Positions 45,193-55,424 of a DNA stretch of 64,000 bases are shown piece by piece. Numbering within the stretch: position 1 is the stretch's first letter; each line of letters starts with the position of its first letter. Where the stretch lies: assembly GCA_028704635.1 (NCBI GenBank), contig JAQWFB010000001.1, positions 5,541-69,540 of the forward strand. Reading direction: 5' to 3'. Below the pieces are notes generated by a model. That model did no database searches. It saw only the letters and a program-made list of their open reading frames with translations, and was not told the origin of the DNA. This DNA comes from Candidatus Shapirobacteria bacterium (GTDB lineage Bacteria; Patescibacteriota; Microgenomatia; UBA12405). Made by a program: the position numbers and the translations under genes.

Positions 45193-47466
45193 ATGAAAGA
45201 TCAAGACATTTTATGGTTTAAAGAAATTGGTTTTGACGATGTAAATCTAGTTGGAGGTAAAGGTGCAAATTTAGGTGAAATGTATAATTTAGGAATTCCA
45301 GTTCCTAATGGTTTTGTTGTACCGGTTAATGTTTACTTTCAATTTATCAAAGAAAATAATCTTCAGCCAAAAATAGCCGATATTTTAAAAACAACTGATG
45401 TTGATCAACCAGACCAACTTCTACATGCTTCCAAACAAATAAGATCTATTATTAAAAAAAGCCCTATCAATCATCAAACCGCTGTTAAAATCATGGCGGC
45501 TTATAAAAAGCTTTCTGATTTTGGTGGTTTAAAAGATGTTCCTGTAGCTGTTCGTACTTCAGCTACAGCCGAAGACACCGCCGACGCTTCATTTGCTGGA
45601 CAAGGTGATACTTTTCTAAATGTTACTGGTGAAACCAATGTTCTCCATCGTGTCCGTGATTGCTGGTCCAGTCTTTTCACTCCCAGATCAATTTTTTATC
45701 AAGTCAAAAAACATTACAACCATTTTAAAATTGGTGTCGCTGTTCCTGTTCAAAGATTAATTCAATCTGATATTTCTGGAGTCATGTTTACTGTTAATCC
45801 TGTCACCAATGAAAAAAATCAAATTATTGTCGAAACCATTTGGGGTTTAGGTGAATATATTGTCCAAGGAACCGTTTCTCCTGATCAATATATCATCAAT
45901 AAAAACGATTGGTCTGTTATCTCTGAAAATCATGTTGAACAAAAAACCGAATTAATTCGAGCTGAACATGAAACTAAAGAAATTATTGTCCCTAAATTTA
46001 AACAAAATAAAAACAAAATTAATACTACCATGGCTATTAAAATTGCCAAAATCGGTCAAAAACTCCATGAACATTATGGCAAACCTCAAGATATTGAATT
46101 TGCTATTGATAACAAAGGCAAACTTTTTATTGTCCAAACTCGTCCCATTACTACTGTCGTCTCTAATCAAAAAACCCTCGATATCCAAACCACCAAAATA
46201 ATTCAAAAACCTGACCTTACCGGAGAACAAGCCAGTCCTGGCACTGCCTCTGGCACTATTATCATTATTAAAAGTCCAAAAGAAATTAATAGAGTCAAAA
46301 AAGGTCAAATTTTAGTTACCTCTATGACTACTCCCGATTTTGTCCCAGCTATGAAAATAGTCAGCGGTATTATCACCGACAAAGGCGGACAAACTTCTCA
46401 CGCCGCCATCGTCAGTCGAGAATTAGGAGTTCCTTGTGTTGTCGGCACCAAAATCGCCACTAAATTTTTAAAAGAAGGAGATATTGTCACCTTAAATGGA
46501 ACAACTGGAGAAATTTGGAAAGGAAATTTAATTGATAAAAATGCACCAGTAATTAAAAAACAATCATCAACTGCCAAAACAGCCACTAAAATTTATGTTA
46601 ATTTAGGCGAACCAGACTTGGCCGAAATGATCTCTAAAAGAAACGTCGATGGTATTGGTCTTTTACGAGCCGAATTTATGTTAGCCAACATCGGCATTCA
46701 CCCAAAAAGAATTATAGCCGAAGGTAAGGAAAAAGCATACATCAATAAACTTGCCAAAGAAATGGTTAAATTTTGTAAAAGTTTTAGCCCCAGGCCAGTT
46801 ATTTATCGCGCCACCGATTTTAAAACTAACGAATATCGCTCTTTAAAATGGGGTAAATTATACGAACCAGAAGAACCAAATCCGTTAATGGGTTTTCGTG
46901 GCGCTTCTCGTTATATCAGTTCTCCTGATGTTTTTTATATGGAACTCGAAGCCATCAAACAAGTCAGAACTAAATATGGTTACAAAAATCTCTGGCTAAT
47001 GATTCCTTTTGTTCGCACTCCACAAGAATTGGCTGATGTTAAAAAAATAGTTATCAGTGCTGGACTTTTACGCTCACCCTCTTTTAAATTTTTAATGATG
47101 GCCGAAATTCCCAGCAATGTCATTCTTTTAGATAAATTTATCGATGTTGGTATCGACGGTATTTCCATTGGCAGTAATGATTTAACCATGCTCACTCTTG
47201 GTCTCGATCGCGATAATAATGAAGTCGCTAAAAATTTCAATGAAATGGACCCCGCTGTTCTCTGGTCTTTAAAAAGATTGGTCACTAAATCCAAAAAACG
47301 CGGCATTACCTGTTCAATTTGTGGACAAGCCCCAAGTAATTATCCTGAATTAGTAGAAAAACTAGTTAGATGGGGAGCCACCAGTATTTCTGTTAGTCCC
47401 GATGCTATCGATGCCACCCGCGATGTTGTTGCCTGGGCTGAAAAAAGAAATATTAATAAAAAATAA
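45193..47466 (+). CDS. ppsA: Phosphoenolpyruvate synthase
   Basis: VGGKGANLGEM, SATAED..ASFAGQ, TSHAAIVSRE, GLLRAEF, SIGSNDL, SICGQAPS. Confidence 0.97.
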   Translation: MKDQDILWFKEIGFDDVNLVGGKGANLGEMYNLGIPVPNGFVVPVNVYFQFIKENNLQPKIADILKTTDVDQPDQLLHASKQIRSIIKKSPINHQTAVKIMAAYKKLSDFGGLKDVPVAVRTSATAEDTADASFAGQGDTFLNVTGETNVLHRVRDCWSSLFTPRSIFYQVKKHYNHFKIGVAVPVQRLIQSDISGVMFTVNPVTNEKNQIIVETIWGLGEYIVQGTVSPDQYIINKNDWSVISENHVEQKTELIRAEHETKEIIVPKFKQNKNKINTTMAIKIAKIGQKLHEHYGKPQDIEFAIDNKGKLFIVQTRPITTVVSNQKTLDIQTTKIIQKPDLTGEQASPGTASGTIIIIKSPKEINRVKKGQILVTSMTTPDFVPAMKIVSGIITDKGGQTSHAAIVSRELGVPCVVGTKIATKFLKEGDIVTLNGTTGEIWKGNLIDKNAPVIKKQSSTAKTATKIYVNLGEPDLAEMISKRNVDGIGLLRAEFMLANIGIHPKRIIAEGKEKAYINKLAKEMVKFCKSFSPRPVIYRATDFKTNEYRSLKWGKLYEPEEPNPLMGFRGASRYISSPDVFYMELEAIKQVRTKYGYKNLWLMIPFVRTPQELADVKKIVISAGLLRSPSFKFLMMAEIPSNVILLDKFIDVGIDGISIGSNDLTMLTLGLDRDNNEVAKNFNEMDPAVLWSLKRLVTKSKKRGITCSICGQAPSNYPELVEKLVRWGATSISVSPDAIDATRDVVAWAEKRNINKK

Positions 47467-48091
47467 CTGTCATTTCACCTTTTAATTCTTTATTGACAGT
47501 CGATAAAACTTCTTCAAATTTTTTCGTCATTTCTCGAGTGATCGCAATTTGAACATCATTTCCATAAACTTTTTTAACCTGTTCTTCCAATTTTTTAACT
47601 CTAAAAGGGGATTCATAAACAATTTTAGCCCCATCAAATTCTTTATATCTTTCCAATATTTTTAATCTTTCGCCATCCTTTTTTGGCAAAAATCCCAAAA
47701 ACATAAATCTTCCCGATGGAATTCCCGATAATACTAAAGCATTAATTGCCGCACATGCCCCCGGTAAAGAAGTATAAGGAATGCCTAAATTACGGCATTT
47801 TTTAACTAATCTCCACCCCGGATCAGAAATAATTGGTGTTCCCGCATCAGTTGCTAAAGCAACTTCATTTCCGTCTTGTAATAATTTAACCACCTCTGGA
47901 ATTTTTTGTTCTTCCACTTCGTCATAAAAAGAAATTAGTTTTGGCTTATTTTTTATTCCCAATTTAATTAACAATAATCCGGTGTTTCGAGTGTCTTCAC
48001 AAAGCAAATATTCCACTTTTTCTAAAGTCTCCAAAGCCCTAACCGTAATATCCCCCAAATTCCCAATCGGCGTTGCAATTATATATAACAT
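47453..48091 (-). CDS. rsmI: 16S rRNA (cytidine1402-2'-O)-methyltransferase
   Basis: ATPIGNLGDIT, CEDTR, DAGTPIISDPG, YESPFR, REMTKKFEE. Confidence 0.96.
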   Translation of the reverse strand: MLYIIATPIGNLGDITVRALETLEKVEYLLCEDTRNTGLLLIKLGIKNKPKLISFYDEVEEQKIPEVVKLLQDGNEVALATDAGTPIISDPGWRLVKKCRNLGIPYTSLPGACAAINALVLSGIPSGRFMFLGFLPKKDGERLKILERYKEFDGAKIVYESPFRVKKLEEQVKKVYGNDVQIAITREMTKKFEEVLSTVNKELKGEMTVIFY

Positions 48092-48106
48092 TATTTATTA
48101 TACCGC

Positions 48107-48736
48107 TTAATTAAACTGTCTAATCACTGCCACCACTTTTCCTCTAATTTCCACATCTGTCACATAAATAGGGGACATGGTTGTATTTGCTGGTTGTAAC
48201 CGAATTCTGCTCGCTTCTCGATAATACCGTTTTAAAGTGGCAAATCCATTTTTTAACACTGCCACTACAATGTCGCCATTATTAGCATTTTTTTGTTCTC
48301 TAACCACCACATAATCACCACTCAAAATTCCATCATCAATCATCGAATCTCCCTTGGCTTGTAAAACAAAAGATTGGTCTCCTGGTTTTACTAAATTTGA
48401 ATTTACTCCAATCGTTGCATTTGGATCAGTATATGGCTCAATTGGCTCACCACAAGCAATAAAACCCAAAACTGGTAGCTCAATAAAAGATGCTGCTATT
48501 TTTTCAGTTTCTTCTTTAATTTTATCTAAAACTTCAATCCCTCTAACCGCCCCACGATATCTTCTAATTAATCCTTTTTTTTCTAAAACCGCCAAATGTT
48601 CATGAACCGTTGCCAATGAAGAAAGGCCTAAATGTTGAGCAATTTCTGTTAGTGTCGGTGCATATCCATATTTCAAAATATTTTGTTCAATATAATCTAA
48701 AATTTGTTTTTGCCTTTTATAAAGAATTGTTGCCAT
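48107..48736 (-). CDS. lexA: LexA repressor
   Basis: PTLTEIA...SLATVHEHL, IACGEP cleavage region, GDSM catalytic Ser, TLKR catalytic Lys. Confidence 0.96.
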   Translation of the reverse strand: MATILYKRQKQILDYIEQNILKYGYAPTLTEIAQHLGLSSLATVHEHLAVLEKKGLIRRYRGAVRGIEVLDKIKEETEKIAASFIELPVLGFIACGEPIEPYTDPNATIGVNSNLVKPGDQSFVLQAKGDSMIDDGILSGDYVVVREQKNANNGDIVVAVLKNGFATLKRYYREASRIRLQPANTTMSPIYVTDVEIRGKVVAVIRQFN

Positions 48737-48750
48737 AGACAAATGATACG

Positions 48751-48765
48751 CGAACAATACCCGAA
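48751..48765 (-). promoter_or_regulatory. Candidate LexA box, direct repeat TTCG-N7-TTCG
   Basis: Minus strand TTCG-GGTATTG-TTCG immediately upstream of the lexA -10 (TATCAT). Confidence 0.55.
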
Positions 48766-48938
48766 GTCAATGATGTAAATTAAAATTTATCATTTTTTTT
48801 GACAAATGACCGTTTTATCGATAAAATCTCTCACTTTTATTAAACAACCAAAAAGCTGAAATTTAATAAAATAAAATCCGTTCCTTTAAAATCAATAAAA
48901 CTCAAAAAAAACAAAAGGAAGAAAGTGAGGTAAAAATA

Positions 48939-49274
48939 ATGGATATCGTCGAAAAAATCTTTGATGACTGTCTACTCCAAGAAAATGATGGTTTTAATAA
49001 TTGCATTAAAGCCGAAGGCATCACTAATCTAGCAATTTTCAATCAAGACCGTTTACAGCAACATAAACCCGAAATCGAAACAATGTTAAATGGATTACCT
49101 AAAGATTTTAAAATTCCGGTTGAAGACAATCATTTAACTAAATTGCATTACACACTAGAAAAATTGCTTCAACTTGGTATTGGCATAGGCAAGGTAAAAC
49201 CTCCTATTTTTCTTAAGAAGAAATCGGAAACATTATCAAACGAACATGTCTATAGTATGGCTAGTAACCAATAA
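48939..49274 (+). CDS. Hypothetical protein
   Basis: GAGG RBS; 111 aa ORF. Confidence 0.6.
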   Translation: MDIVEKIFDDCLLQENDGFNNCIKAEGITNLAIFNQDRLQQHKPEIETMLNGLPKDFKIPVEDNHLTKLHYTLEKLLQLGIGIGKVKPPIFLKKKSETLSNEHVYSMASNQ

Positions 49275-49316
49275 AAACAAAACATTTTATTTTGAGTTTT
49301 ATTGCCCGTCCTATTT

Positions 49317-49363
49317 AATACCGACAGGTTTGTGTAAAAACAAATTTGCCGGTATTTTTTTTT
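49317..49363 (+). terminator. Rho-independent terminator
   Basis: aataccgacaggtttgt...acaaatttgccggtatt followed by a T tract. Confidence 0.65.
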
Positions 49364-49406
49364 GTCAAAAAAATAAAGCCATCAAATGTTATATTAGACT
49401 ATCTCT

Positions 49407-51173
49407 ATGTTTCTATTTTTTTTAATTTCCTTTCTATTTTTTTCCGTAAATCCCGCTAATGCTGCTGACGAATTTAAAACCCAACAAAAAATAATTTATC
49501 AAATCGATAATCAAGGCAATGCCGTCGTTAATCAAGAAGTTCAACTAATTAATAATTTTTCTGAAATTTATCCCACTGTCTACCAACTAATTTTATCCGG
49601 TCCAGCCCTAGAAAATATCACCGGCACCGATAGTCAAGGAAATATTATTCAAAAAACTGACCATCAAGATGATCTTAATACTATCGACATCAAATTCAAT
49701 AACAACAATCTCGGTAAAGACAAAATCACCAAATTTAATTTAAATTACACTATTCCCAAATTAGCTACTCAAAAGGGGAACATTTGGGAAGTTTCTGTTC
49801 CAGAAAACAAAAACATAAAATCTAACGATACTAACGAAATAACTGTATTGGTTCCCAATTCTTTTGGAAATCTTTCTTTTTCCTCGTCAAACCCCAAAAA
49901 TTCAGTTCCTTTAAATAATCAGACTCAAATATTTTTTAATAACTCCAATCAAAAAATATTTTTAATTTTTGGTAATTATCAACTTTTTGATTTTCATTTT
50001 AAATATTTTTTAGAAAATACTACTAATCAACCACAAATTTTAGAAATTACCATTCCTCCAGAAACCGATAATCAAAAAATAGTTTATAAAGAAATATCAC
50101 CTCAACCTTTAAATATTAGAATCGATACTGATGGTAATTGGTTAGCTCAATATAAATTAACCAGCAATCAGGAATTAGAAATCAATGTTTCCGGCCAAGC
50201 CAAAATTATTCCAAATAACATTAGCTCTTCAATTAATGAAGACAATTATTTGAAAGAACAAAATTTTTGGCCCATTAACGATCCTTCTATCAAACAAATC
50301 GTCAGTTCTCTTAAAACCGTCAAAGATATTTACAATTACACTGTTAACACTCTTAATTATGATTACAATTCAATCAACGCCTCCGAACGTAAAGGTGCAC
50401 TAAACACTTTGCTCTCACCAAACACATCAATTTGTACCGATTTTACCGATCTTTTTGTAACACTGGCTAGAGCTAAAGGTATTCCCGCCCGCGAAGTCGA
50501 AGGTTTTGCTTACACTAATAATTCCAAAATTAAACCAATTAATGCTAATGCCGATATTCTCCATGCCTGGCCTCAATACTACGACCAAGATAAACAATCA
50601 TGGGTTTCTGTTGACCCTACTTGGGAAAAAACTACCAATGGTGTTGATTTTTTTAAAGACCTTGACCCCAATCATTTCGTATTTGTTTTTCATGGTCTAG
50701 ATAGTGAAAAACCACTTCCACCTGGCGGTTATAAAAATAATCACAATGTTAAAACTATTGAAGTTGAATTTGCCACTCAAGAATTACAGGCCAACCACGA
50801 AAACCTTAAAATAATTTCTCTAAATAAAAAAATCTACCAACCCACAATAATTAAAATTTCTAACCAAAATAACAATTCCATTTCTGATTTAAAAATCAGT
50901 ATTCCCAATTTAAATTGGCAACAAAAAATTCCTATTTTACCGCCATTTTCATCTATTGAGATAACTTTGCCGAACTATCAGTTTTTAAAAGTTTTAAATC
51001 CTGCCAATAGAAATATAAAAATTAAAGTCGAATCATTAAACACCACCTCTAATCAAATCTCTATTTCTAATCCTAAATATTACTTAAATTTAATTATTTT
51101 TATCGGTTTAATCATCACTTTACTAGGTCTTGGCGGTATAATATTAAACAGTAACAAAAAACATAAAAAATGA
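49407..51173 (+). CDS. Transglutaminase-like domain surface protein
   Basis: ICTDFTDLFVTLARAKGIPAR, HAW, VDPTW Cys-His-Asp triad; signal peptide and C-terminal TM. Confidence 0.9.
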   Translation: MFLFFLISFLFFSVNPANAADEFKTQQKIIYQIDNQGNAVVNQEVQLINNFSEIYPTVYQLILSGPALENITGTDSQGNIIQKTDHQDDLNTIDIKFNNNNLGKDKITKFNLNYTIPKLATQKGNIWEVSVPENKNIKSNDTNEITVLVPNSFGNLSFSSSNPKNSVPLNNQTQIFFNNSNQKIFLIFGNYQLFDFHFKYFLENTTNQPQILEITIPPETDNQKIVYKEISPQPLNIRIDTDGNWLAQYKLTSNQELEINVSGQAKIIPNNISSSINEDNYLKEQNFWPINDPSIKQIVSSLKTVKDIYNYTVNTLNYDYNSINASERKGALNTLLSPNTSICTDFTDLFVTLARAKGIPAREVEGFAYTNNSKIKPINANADILHAWPQYYDQDKQSWVSVDPTWEKTTNGVDFFKDLDPNHFVFVFHGLDSEKPLPPGGYKNNHNVKTIEVEFATQELQANHENLKIISLNKKIYQPTIIKISNQNNNSISDLKISIPNLNWQQKIPILPPFSSIEITLPNYQFLKVLNPANRNIKIKVESLNTTSNQISISNPKYYLNLIIFIGLIITLLGLGGIILNSNKKHKK

Positions 51174-51565
51174 AAAAAATACTCAGATATATTATTCTCT
51201 TCAGTTTTTCCATCGTCACCGCCAATCTTATTTGGCAAAATTTTTATTTTCAACAAATCCCATGGACTATCGTCAAAGTCGCCATTATTTTAACCATCTT
51301 TGAACTTCTATTAAAACCCATAATCAAAATTCTCTTGATTCCAATTAATATCTTAACTTTAGGTTTATTTAGAATTGTTATTGACACCCTTGGTTTATAT
51401 TTAGCTGTTTTCTTTATTGCCGATTTTCAGATAGGAAATATATACATCTCCCAGTATAATTACCATGTCAATAATTTTTGGGCTTATTTACTAAGTTCCT
51501 TCACTGTTGGTACAATTTTATATATTTATAATTCAATTTTGCACAAGAGCAAACCTAAAAAATGA
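51170..51565 (+). CDS. YvlD/holin superfamily IV membrane protein
   Basis: LKPIIKILLIPINILTLGLF. Confidence 0.8.
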   Translation: MKKILRYIILFSFSIVTANLIWQNFYFQQIPWTIVKVAIILTIFELLLKPIIKILLIPINILTLGLFRIVIDTLGLYLAVFFIADFQIGNIYISQYNYHVNNFWAYLLSSFTVGTILYIYNSILHKSKPKK

Positions 51566-51774
51566 AAACTACTTTAGTTATTATTCAAATAATATTATCC
51601 ATTCTTTTAAGTGCCCTCATTTTTCTTCAATCAAATGGTGACACTGAATCTCGATCAAATATTCTTTCTGCCACTACAGTTGAAAAGAGGGGATGGGAAA
51701 AAATTATGTTTAATTTCACTATTTTTATCATTGTTCTTTTTCTAATTTCATCAGTTATTCAAACTCTTTTATAA
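51562..51774 (+). CDS. secG: Preprotein translocase subunit SecG
   Basis: Two TMs, IFLQ...RGWEK; position before the ABC substrate-binding gene. Confidence 0.8.
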   Translation: MKTTLVIIQIILSILLSALIFLQSNGDTESRSNILSATTVEKRGWEKIMFNFTIFIIVLFLISSVIQTLL

Positions 51775-51780
51775 ACCATC

Positions 51781-53121
51781 TTGCTTAACAAACTTCATTT
51801 TAAAATTGCCTATTTTGTCTCTTTTATTAAGAGAAAAATTTTGCTTATTTTAATAATAATTATTGTTGGTCTTTGTGCCATTTTTTTTAGAAAAGAAATT
51901 ATTAATTTTATTAATCTTCCTATTTTTAAAAAAGAATCCATTGGTATTGAAGGTCTTTATACTTTAAAAAATCTTCCTGACAATATTGCCAATCAAATTA
52001 GCTACGGTCTAACTATCAATTCTGAGAATGACAAAGCCGTTATCTCTCCTATTGTCGAATCATTAAATGTTGAAAATGAAAACAAAGACTACGTTTTTAC
52101 ACTTAAAGATAATATTTTTTGGCATAATGGAAAAAAACTAATCGCCAGTGATATTGATTATTCATCTATTTCCGGAATTAAAATTAGTATTTTAAACGAA
52201 AATCAGATTAAGGTTAGTCTTGAAAAAGAGTTTTCTCCTATTCTATCGGTTCTAAGTAAGCCTTTGTTTAAAAAAAATACTATCGGTTTAGGTCAATATA
52301 AAATTAAAAAATATTCCCTCCAAGAGGGTTACTTAAAAACTCTTTATCTTACACCAACCAAAGACAATCTTCCCAAATTAATCTATTATTTTTATCAAGA
52401 TGAGGCCGATTTAATTAATGCCTATAAATTAGGCGACGTTGATCAAATAAAAATTAGTTCTCTTCCAGAAGAATTATCAAAGTGGAGTAATAGTAAAATA
52501 TCTCAAAAAATTGAAACCAATGAAAAATATTCAGCTCTTTTTTTTAATACTCAAAAAATTAACAACAAACAACTCCGTCAAGCTATAGCCTATGCCACCC
52601 CAAAAACTAAAGATCAAAACGAACGATGTCTTGGTCCAATTTCCCCTGAATCATGGGCATATAATCCCAGCGTTAAGGAATATAATTTCGATACCACTCG
52701 GGCTAAAGAACTTTTTCAAAACAATAAAATCGACTCCATTAATTTAATTGTCGGTGATCGAAGATTATTATCAATTGCTGAAGATATTAAAAAATCCTGG
52801 GAAAGTATTCTCGGTTTAAAAACCAATATTTCTATTATTAATCAAATCGACACCGAAAATTTTGATGTCATTTTAACCTACGGCAGCATTCCTCATGATC
52901 CAGATCAATATCTTTTTTGGCATTCAACTCAAATCGGAAAAAGTAATTTAACTAAACTCAATGATTCTCGCATTGACAAACTTTTAGAAGACGGCAGATT
53001 TGCCATTGACCAAATAGAAAGGAAAGCAATTTATCAGGATTTCCAAAAATATCTTCTAGAAGAATCTCCTGCTATTTTTTTAGCCTACCCTAATACTTAT
53101 ACAATTACTCGAGTAAAATAG
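51781..53121 (+). CDS. ABC transporter substrate-binding protein, family 5
   Basis: WHNG...DIDY, LRQAIAYA, DPDQYLFWHSTQ, YQDFQ..LLEESPAIFL. Confidence 0.9.
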   Translation: MLNKLHFKIAYFVSFIKRKILLILIIIIVGLCAIFFRKEIINFINLPIFKKESIGIEGLYTLKNLPDNIANQISYGLTINSENDKAVISPIVESLNVENENKDYVFTLKDNIFWHNGKKLIASDIDYSSISGIKISILNENQIKVSLEKEFSPILSVLSKPLFKKNTIGLGQYKIKKYSLQEGYLKTLYLTPTKDNLPKLIYYFYQDEADLINAYKLGDVDQIKISSLPEELSKWSNSKISQKIETNEKYSALFFNTQKINNKQLRQAIAYATPKTKDQNERCLGPISPESWAYNPSVKEYNFDTTRAKELFQNNKIDSINLIVGDRRLLSIAEDIKKSWESILGLKTNISIINQIDTENFDVILTYGSIPHDPDQYLFWHSTQIGKSNLTKLNDSRIDKLLEDGRFAIDQIERKAIYQDFQKYLLEESPAIFLAYPNTYTITRVK

Positions 53122-53132
53122 TAAAATAAAAT

Positions 53133-53366
53133 ATGACAGAAGAAAATAAAAAACCAGATTATATCGGCAACACTATTGTTTTTATTTTACTCGGATTATT
53201 ATTATATGCCGGCTTTATATCTTACAAAAGCATTGACTGGAATGTTTTAAACAGGCTTGAATCAGAAAACCTAATTCTTCCTACACCAATTCCTACCTCA
53301 ATCGCCACTAATTCTGCCACTACTACTGGATCAGCAACTTCCACATCTTCAAGCACTAAAAAATAG
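53133..53366 (+). CDS. Small membrane protein with S/T-rich tail
   Basis: One TM helix; PTPIPT and ST-rich C-terminus. Confidence 0.65.
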   Translation: MTEENKKPDYIGNTIVFILLGLLLYAGFISYKSIDWNVLNRLESENLILPTPIPTSIATNSATTTGSATSTSSSTKK

Positions 53367-53367
53367 G

Positions 53368-53832
53368 TTATTTCTTTGGTGGCCTTTCTAATTTTCCTAA
53401 AGTTTTTATTTCTAATTTACCAACAAAATTATAAATTTTATCGATTTCTCTTCTAATAAAATCAACATCTTCACCTTCGCTTTTTAATTCTCCTAAAACT
53501 AATTTAATAGATTTATCATAATCATTTTTAAATTTTTTATTAATATCCTCCCAGCAAATATTCTGCAAAATTTCTAATAATTTTTGTTCATAGGGAATTT
53601 TGCCAATTAACATTAAAAAGGCAATCATTGGATAACTTAAAGAATAAGTGTAATAAGCCGAATTATCATTTGACATCATACCTCCAGTATTAGGATCATA
53701 TTTAACATCGTAAAATTTATCACCAGACGGCAAATAACATTTAGCCTTATTGCCATTTATTTCCATTCTGTCATCAGCAATCACTGTCAATGCTTCATAA
53801 ATTTTTGAAATATGCGGTTTTTTCCAAATCAT
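53368..53832 (-). CDS. Conserved hypothetical protein
   Basis: KIYEAL...SNDN...YPMIAFLM; 154 aa ORF. Confidence 0.7.
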   Translation of the reverse strand: MIWKKPHISKIYEALTVIADDRMEINGNKAKCYLPSGDKFYDVKYDPNTGGMMSNDNSAYYTYSLSYPMIAFLMLIGKIPYEQKLLEILQNICWEDINKKFKNDYDKSIKLVLGELKSEGEDVDFIRREIDKIYNFVGKLEIKTLGKLERPPKK

Positions 53833-53839
53833 AATCCTG

Positions 53840-54700
53840 TTATCTTTCTAATGGAATATCTTCTCCGTCAGAAGTTATTTCTCTAACTGATGTCGGCTGC
53901 TGTGACTTAAAATGTTCTAATAATTGTGGTGGTTCCTGTGGTGGACCTTTTCTTTTTGATTTAATTTTTTCCACAATTTTCGGACCAAAAACCGGCCCAA
54001 TAAACATTACTAAACCGAGGATCACTAGAATAATTGGCAAATAATCCGCAAACGATTTCGATTTTTTAGAGGAATCAACAGGAGTTTGTGTGATTCCTTC
54101 GGACACCATAGCAGCAGTCGGTTCTAAGACCACAGTCGGTTCAATTACAGGGGCCGAAGTTGGCGTCGGTGTTAAAATCTTAGTCGGCGTCGGTGTAGGT
54201 GTTAATGTAACCGCCAAAGTCGGTGTTGGAGTAAGTGTTGGTGTTGGAGTAGAAGTTGGAGTAAGAGGATCGTTAATTTTAATAGTTCTAGAAACACTAG
54301 TTAAGTTTAATTCTGGAACATAAGCATATAAATAATAAGTTCCCGAAGATGCCGAAGTACCTACTCGTAAACGCATAGTTAAATTATCATTACCGGTAAC
54401 ATAAGGCATTACATTAATGTCTGTACCACAACCATTTGGCCAATTACCGTTATATAAATTTTCTACTAAACACGACGTATTTGTAGAACTTTCAGTTTGA
54501 CCACCATAAACCCTAACGTGATAAGTATTTCCCACTGAAACATTATTTAATTTAACATTAATATCAAATTGTTCACCTCGCCTTGCTTCACTTGCCCCCC
54601 AACTATCCCAAGAAATACTCGGACTATCGGCCAAAACAACCGGTTTAAAAATAAAAAATAATGAAAAAAGAACACTCCAAAACATAATTGATTTTAACAT
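53840..54700 (-). CDS. Secreted/membrane protein with PT-repeat stalk
   Basis: Signal peptide, beta domain, TPTPT repeats, C-terminal TM. Confidence 0.8.
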   Translation of the reverse strand: MLKSIMFWSVLFSLFFIFKPVVLADSPSISWDSWGASEARRGEQFDINVKLNNVSVGNTYHVRVYGGQTESSTNTSCLVENLYNGNWPNGCGTDINVMPYVTGNDNLTMRLRVGTSASSGTYYLYAYVPELNLTSVSRTIKINDPLTPTSTPTPTLTPTPTLAVTLTPTPTPTKILTPTPTSAPVIEPTVVLEPTAAMVSEGITQTPVDSSKKSKSFADYLPIILVILGLVMFIGPVFGPKIVEKIKSKRKGPPQEPPQLLEHFKSQQPTSVREITSDGEDIPLER

Positions 54701-54706
54701 TAATAT

Positions 54707-55414
54707 TTACAAATCACTTCTAGTTCCATGTCTAATTTCAATTTTCCCTTTTTTTAAAGTTTCCAATAACTTCGTTGGGTCATCCAATTTAATCATATTA
54801 AATCTATTTCCAATTCTATTTTTAATATGTGCATCACTATTGGAATAAGCGGGAATTTCCAGTTTAAGAACAAATTTTTTAGCCAAATTATGCCAAACAC
54901 GATAAAGTTTTCTTTTAAATTTTTTTTCTATGTCATCATTATGAATCTCTGCTCCATGAATTAAACCTTTTTCATAAAGCTCTGCCAAAAAATTCCCTCT
55001 TAAAGACATCATTCCTGTTGGTATTTTTGGATGAGCCGCTATAATCAATGCGCCATTATCCACAAAATATTGCAATATTCCTCTAATCGTTTTTTTTCTG
55101 GCAATAACCGAACAAGTTTTCTCTTTAATTTTATATTGTTTTAATTTTTTTTCTATCAATTCTGAATCCAACCCTAAGACTAGTAAATGCCCCGATAAAA
55201 ATGATAATTCACAACCAGAAATAACATAAATACCATATTTTTTCCTTATTCTTTCAAGATTGAATTTATTAGGAACATTATGGTCAGTTATTGCTATCAC
55301 ATCCAAACCTCTTCTTTTTGCTGTTTTCAACATTTCTTTGGTGATATTTTTTCCGTCACTTTTAGTAGTATGCATATGCAAATCAAACCTTAGCCATTTT
55401 CTTTTAGAAACCAT
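54707..55414 (-). CDS. PHP-domain phosphoesterase
   Basis: DLHMHT..SDG, ITDH, GCE, AHP, NSDAH. Confidence 0.9.
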   Translation of the reverse strand: MVSKRKWLRFDLHMHTTKSDGKNITKEMLKTAKRRGLDVIAITDHNVPNKFNLERIRKKYGIYVISGCELSFLSGHLLVLGLDSELIEKKLKQYKIKEKTCSVIARKKTIRGILQYFVDNGALIIAAHPKIPTGMMSLRGNFLAELYEKGLIHGAEIHNDDIEKKFKRKLYRVWHNLAKKFVLKLEIPAYSNSDAHIKNRIGNRFNMIKLDDPTKLLETLKKGKIEIRHGTRSDL

Positions 55415-55424
55415 ATTTTGTATT

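Noticed and set aside
43206-51565. Two holin-like genes (43206-43589, 51170-51565) as prophage evidence
   Set aside because: YvlD-type 4-TM proteins are common chromosomal genes; here they lie among housekeeping genes (secG, tRNA-Glu).
54100-54270. Repetitive GTTGG/GTCGG tract
   Set aside because: Encodes the Pro-Thr stalk of a surface protein; not a DNA-level element.
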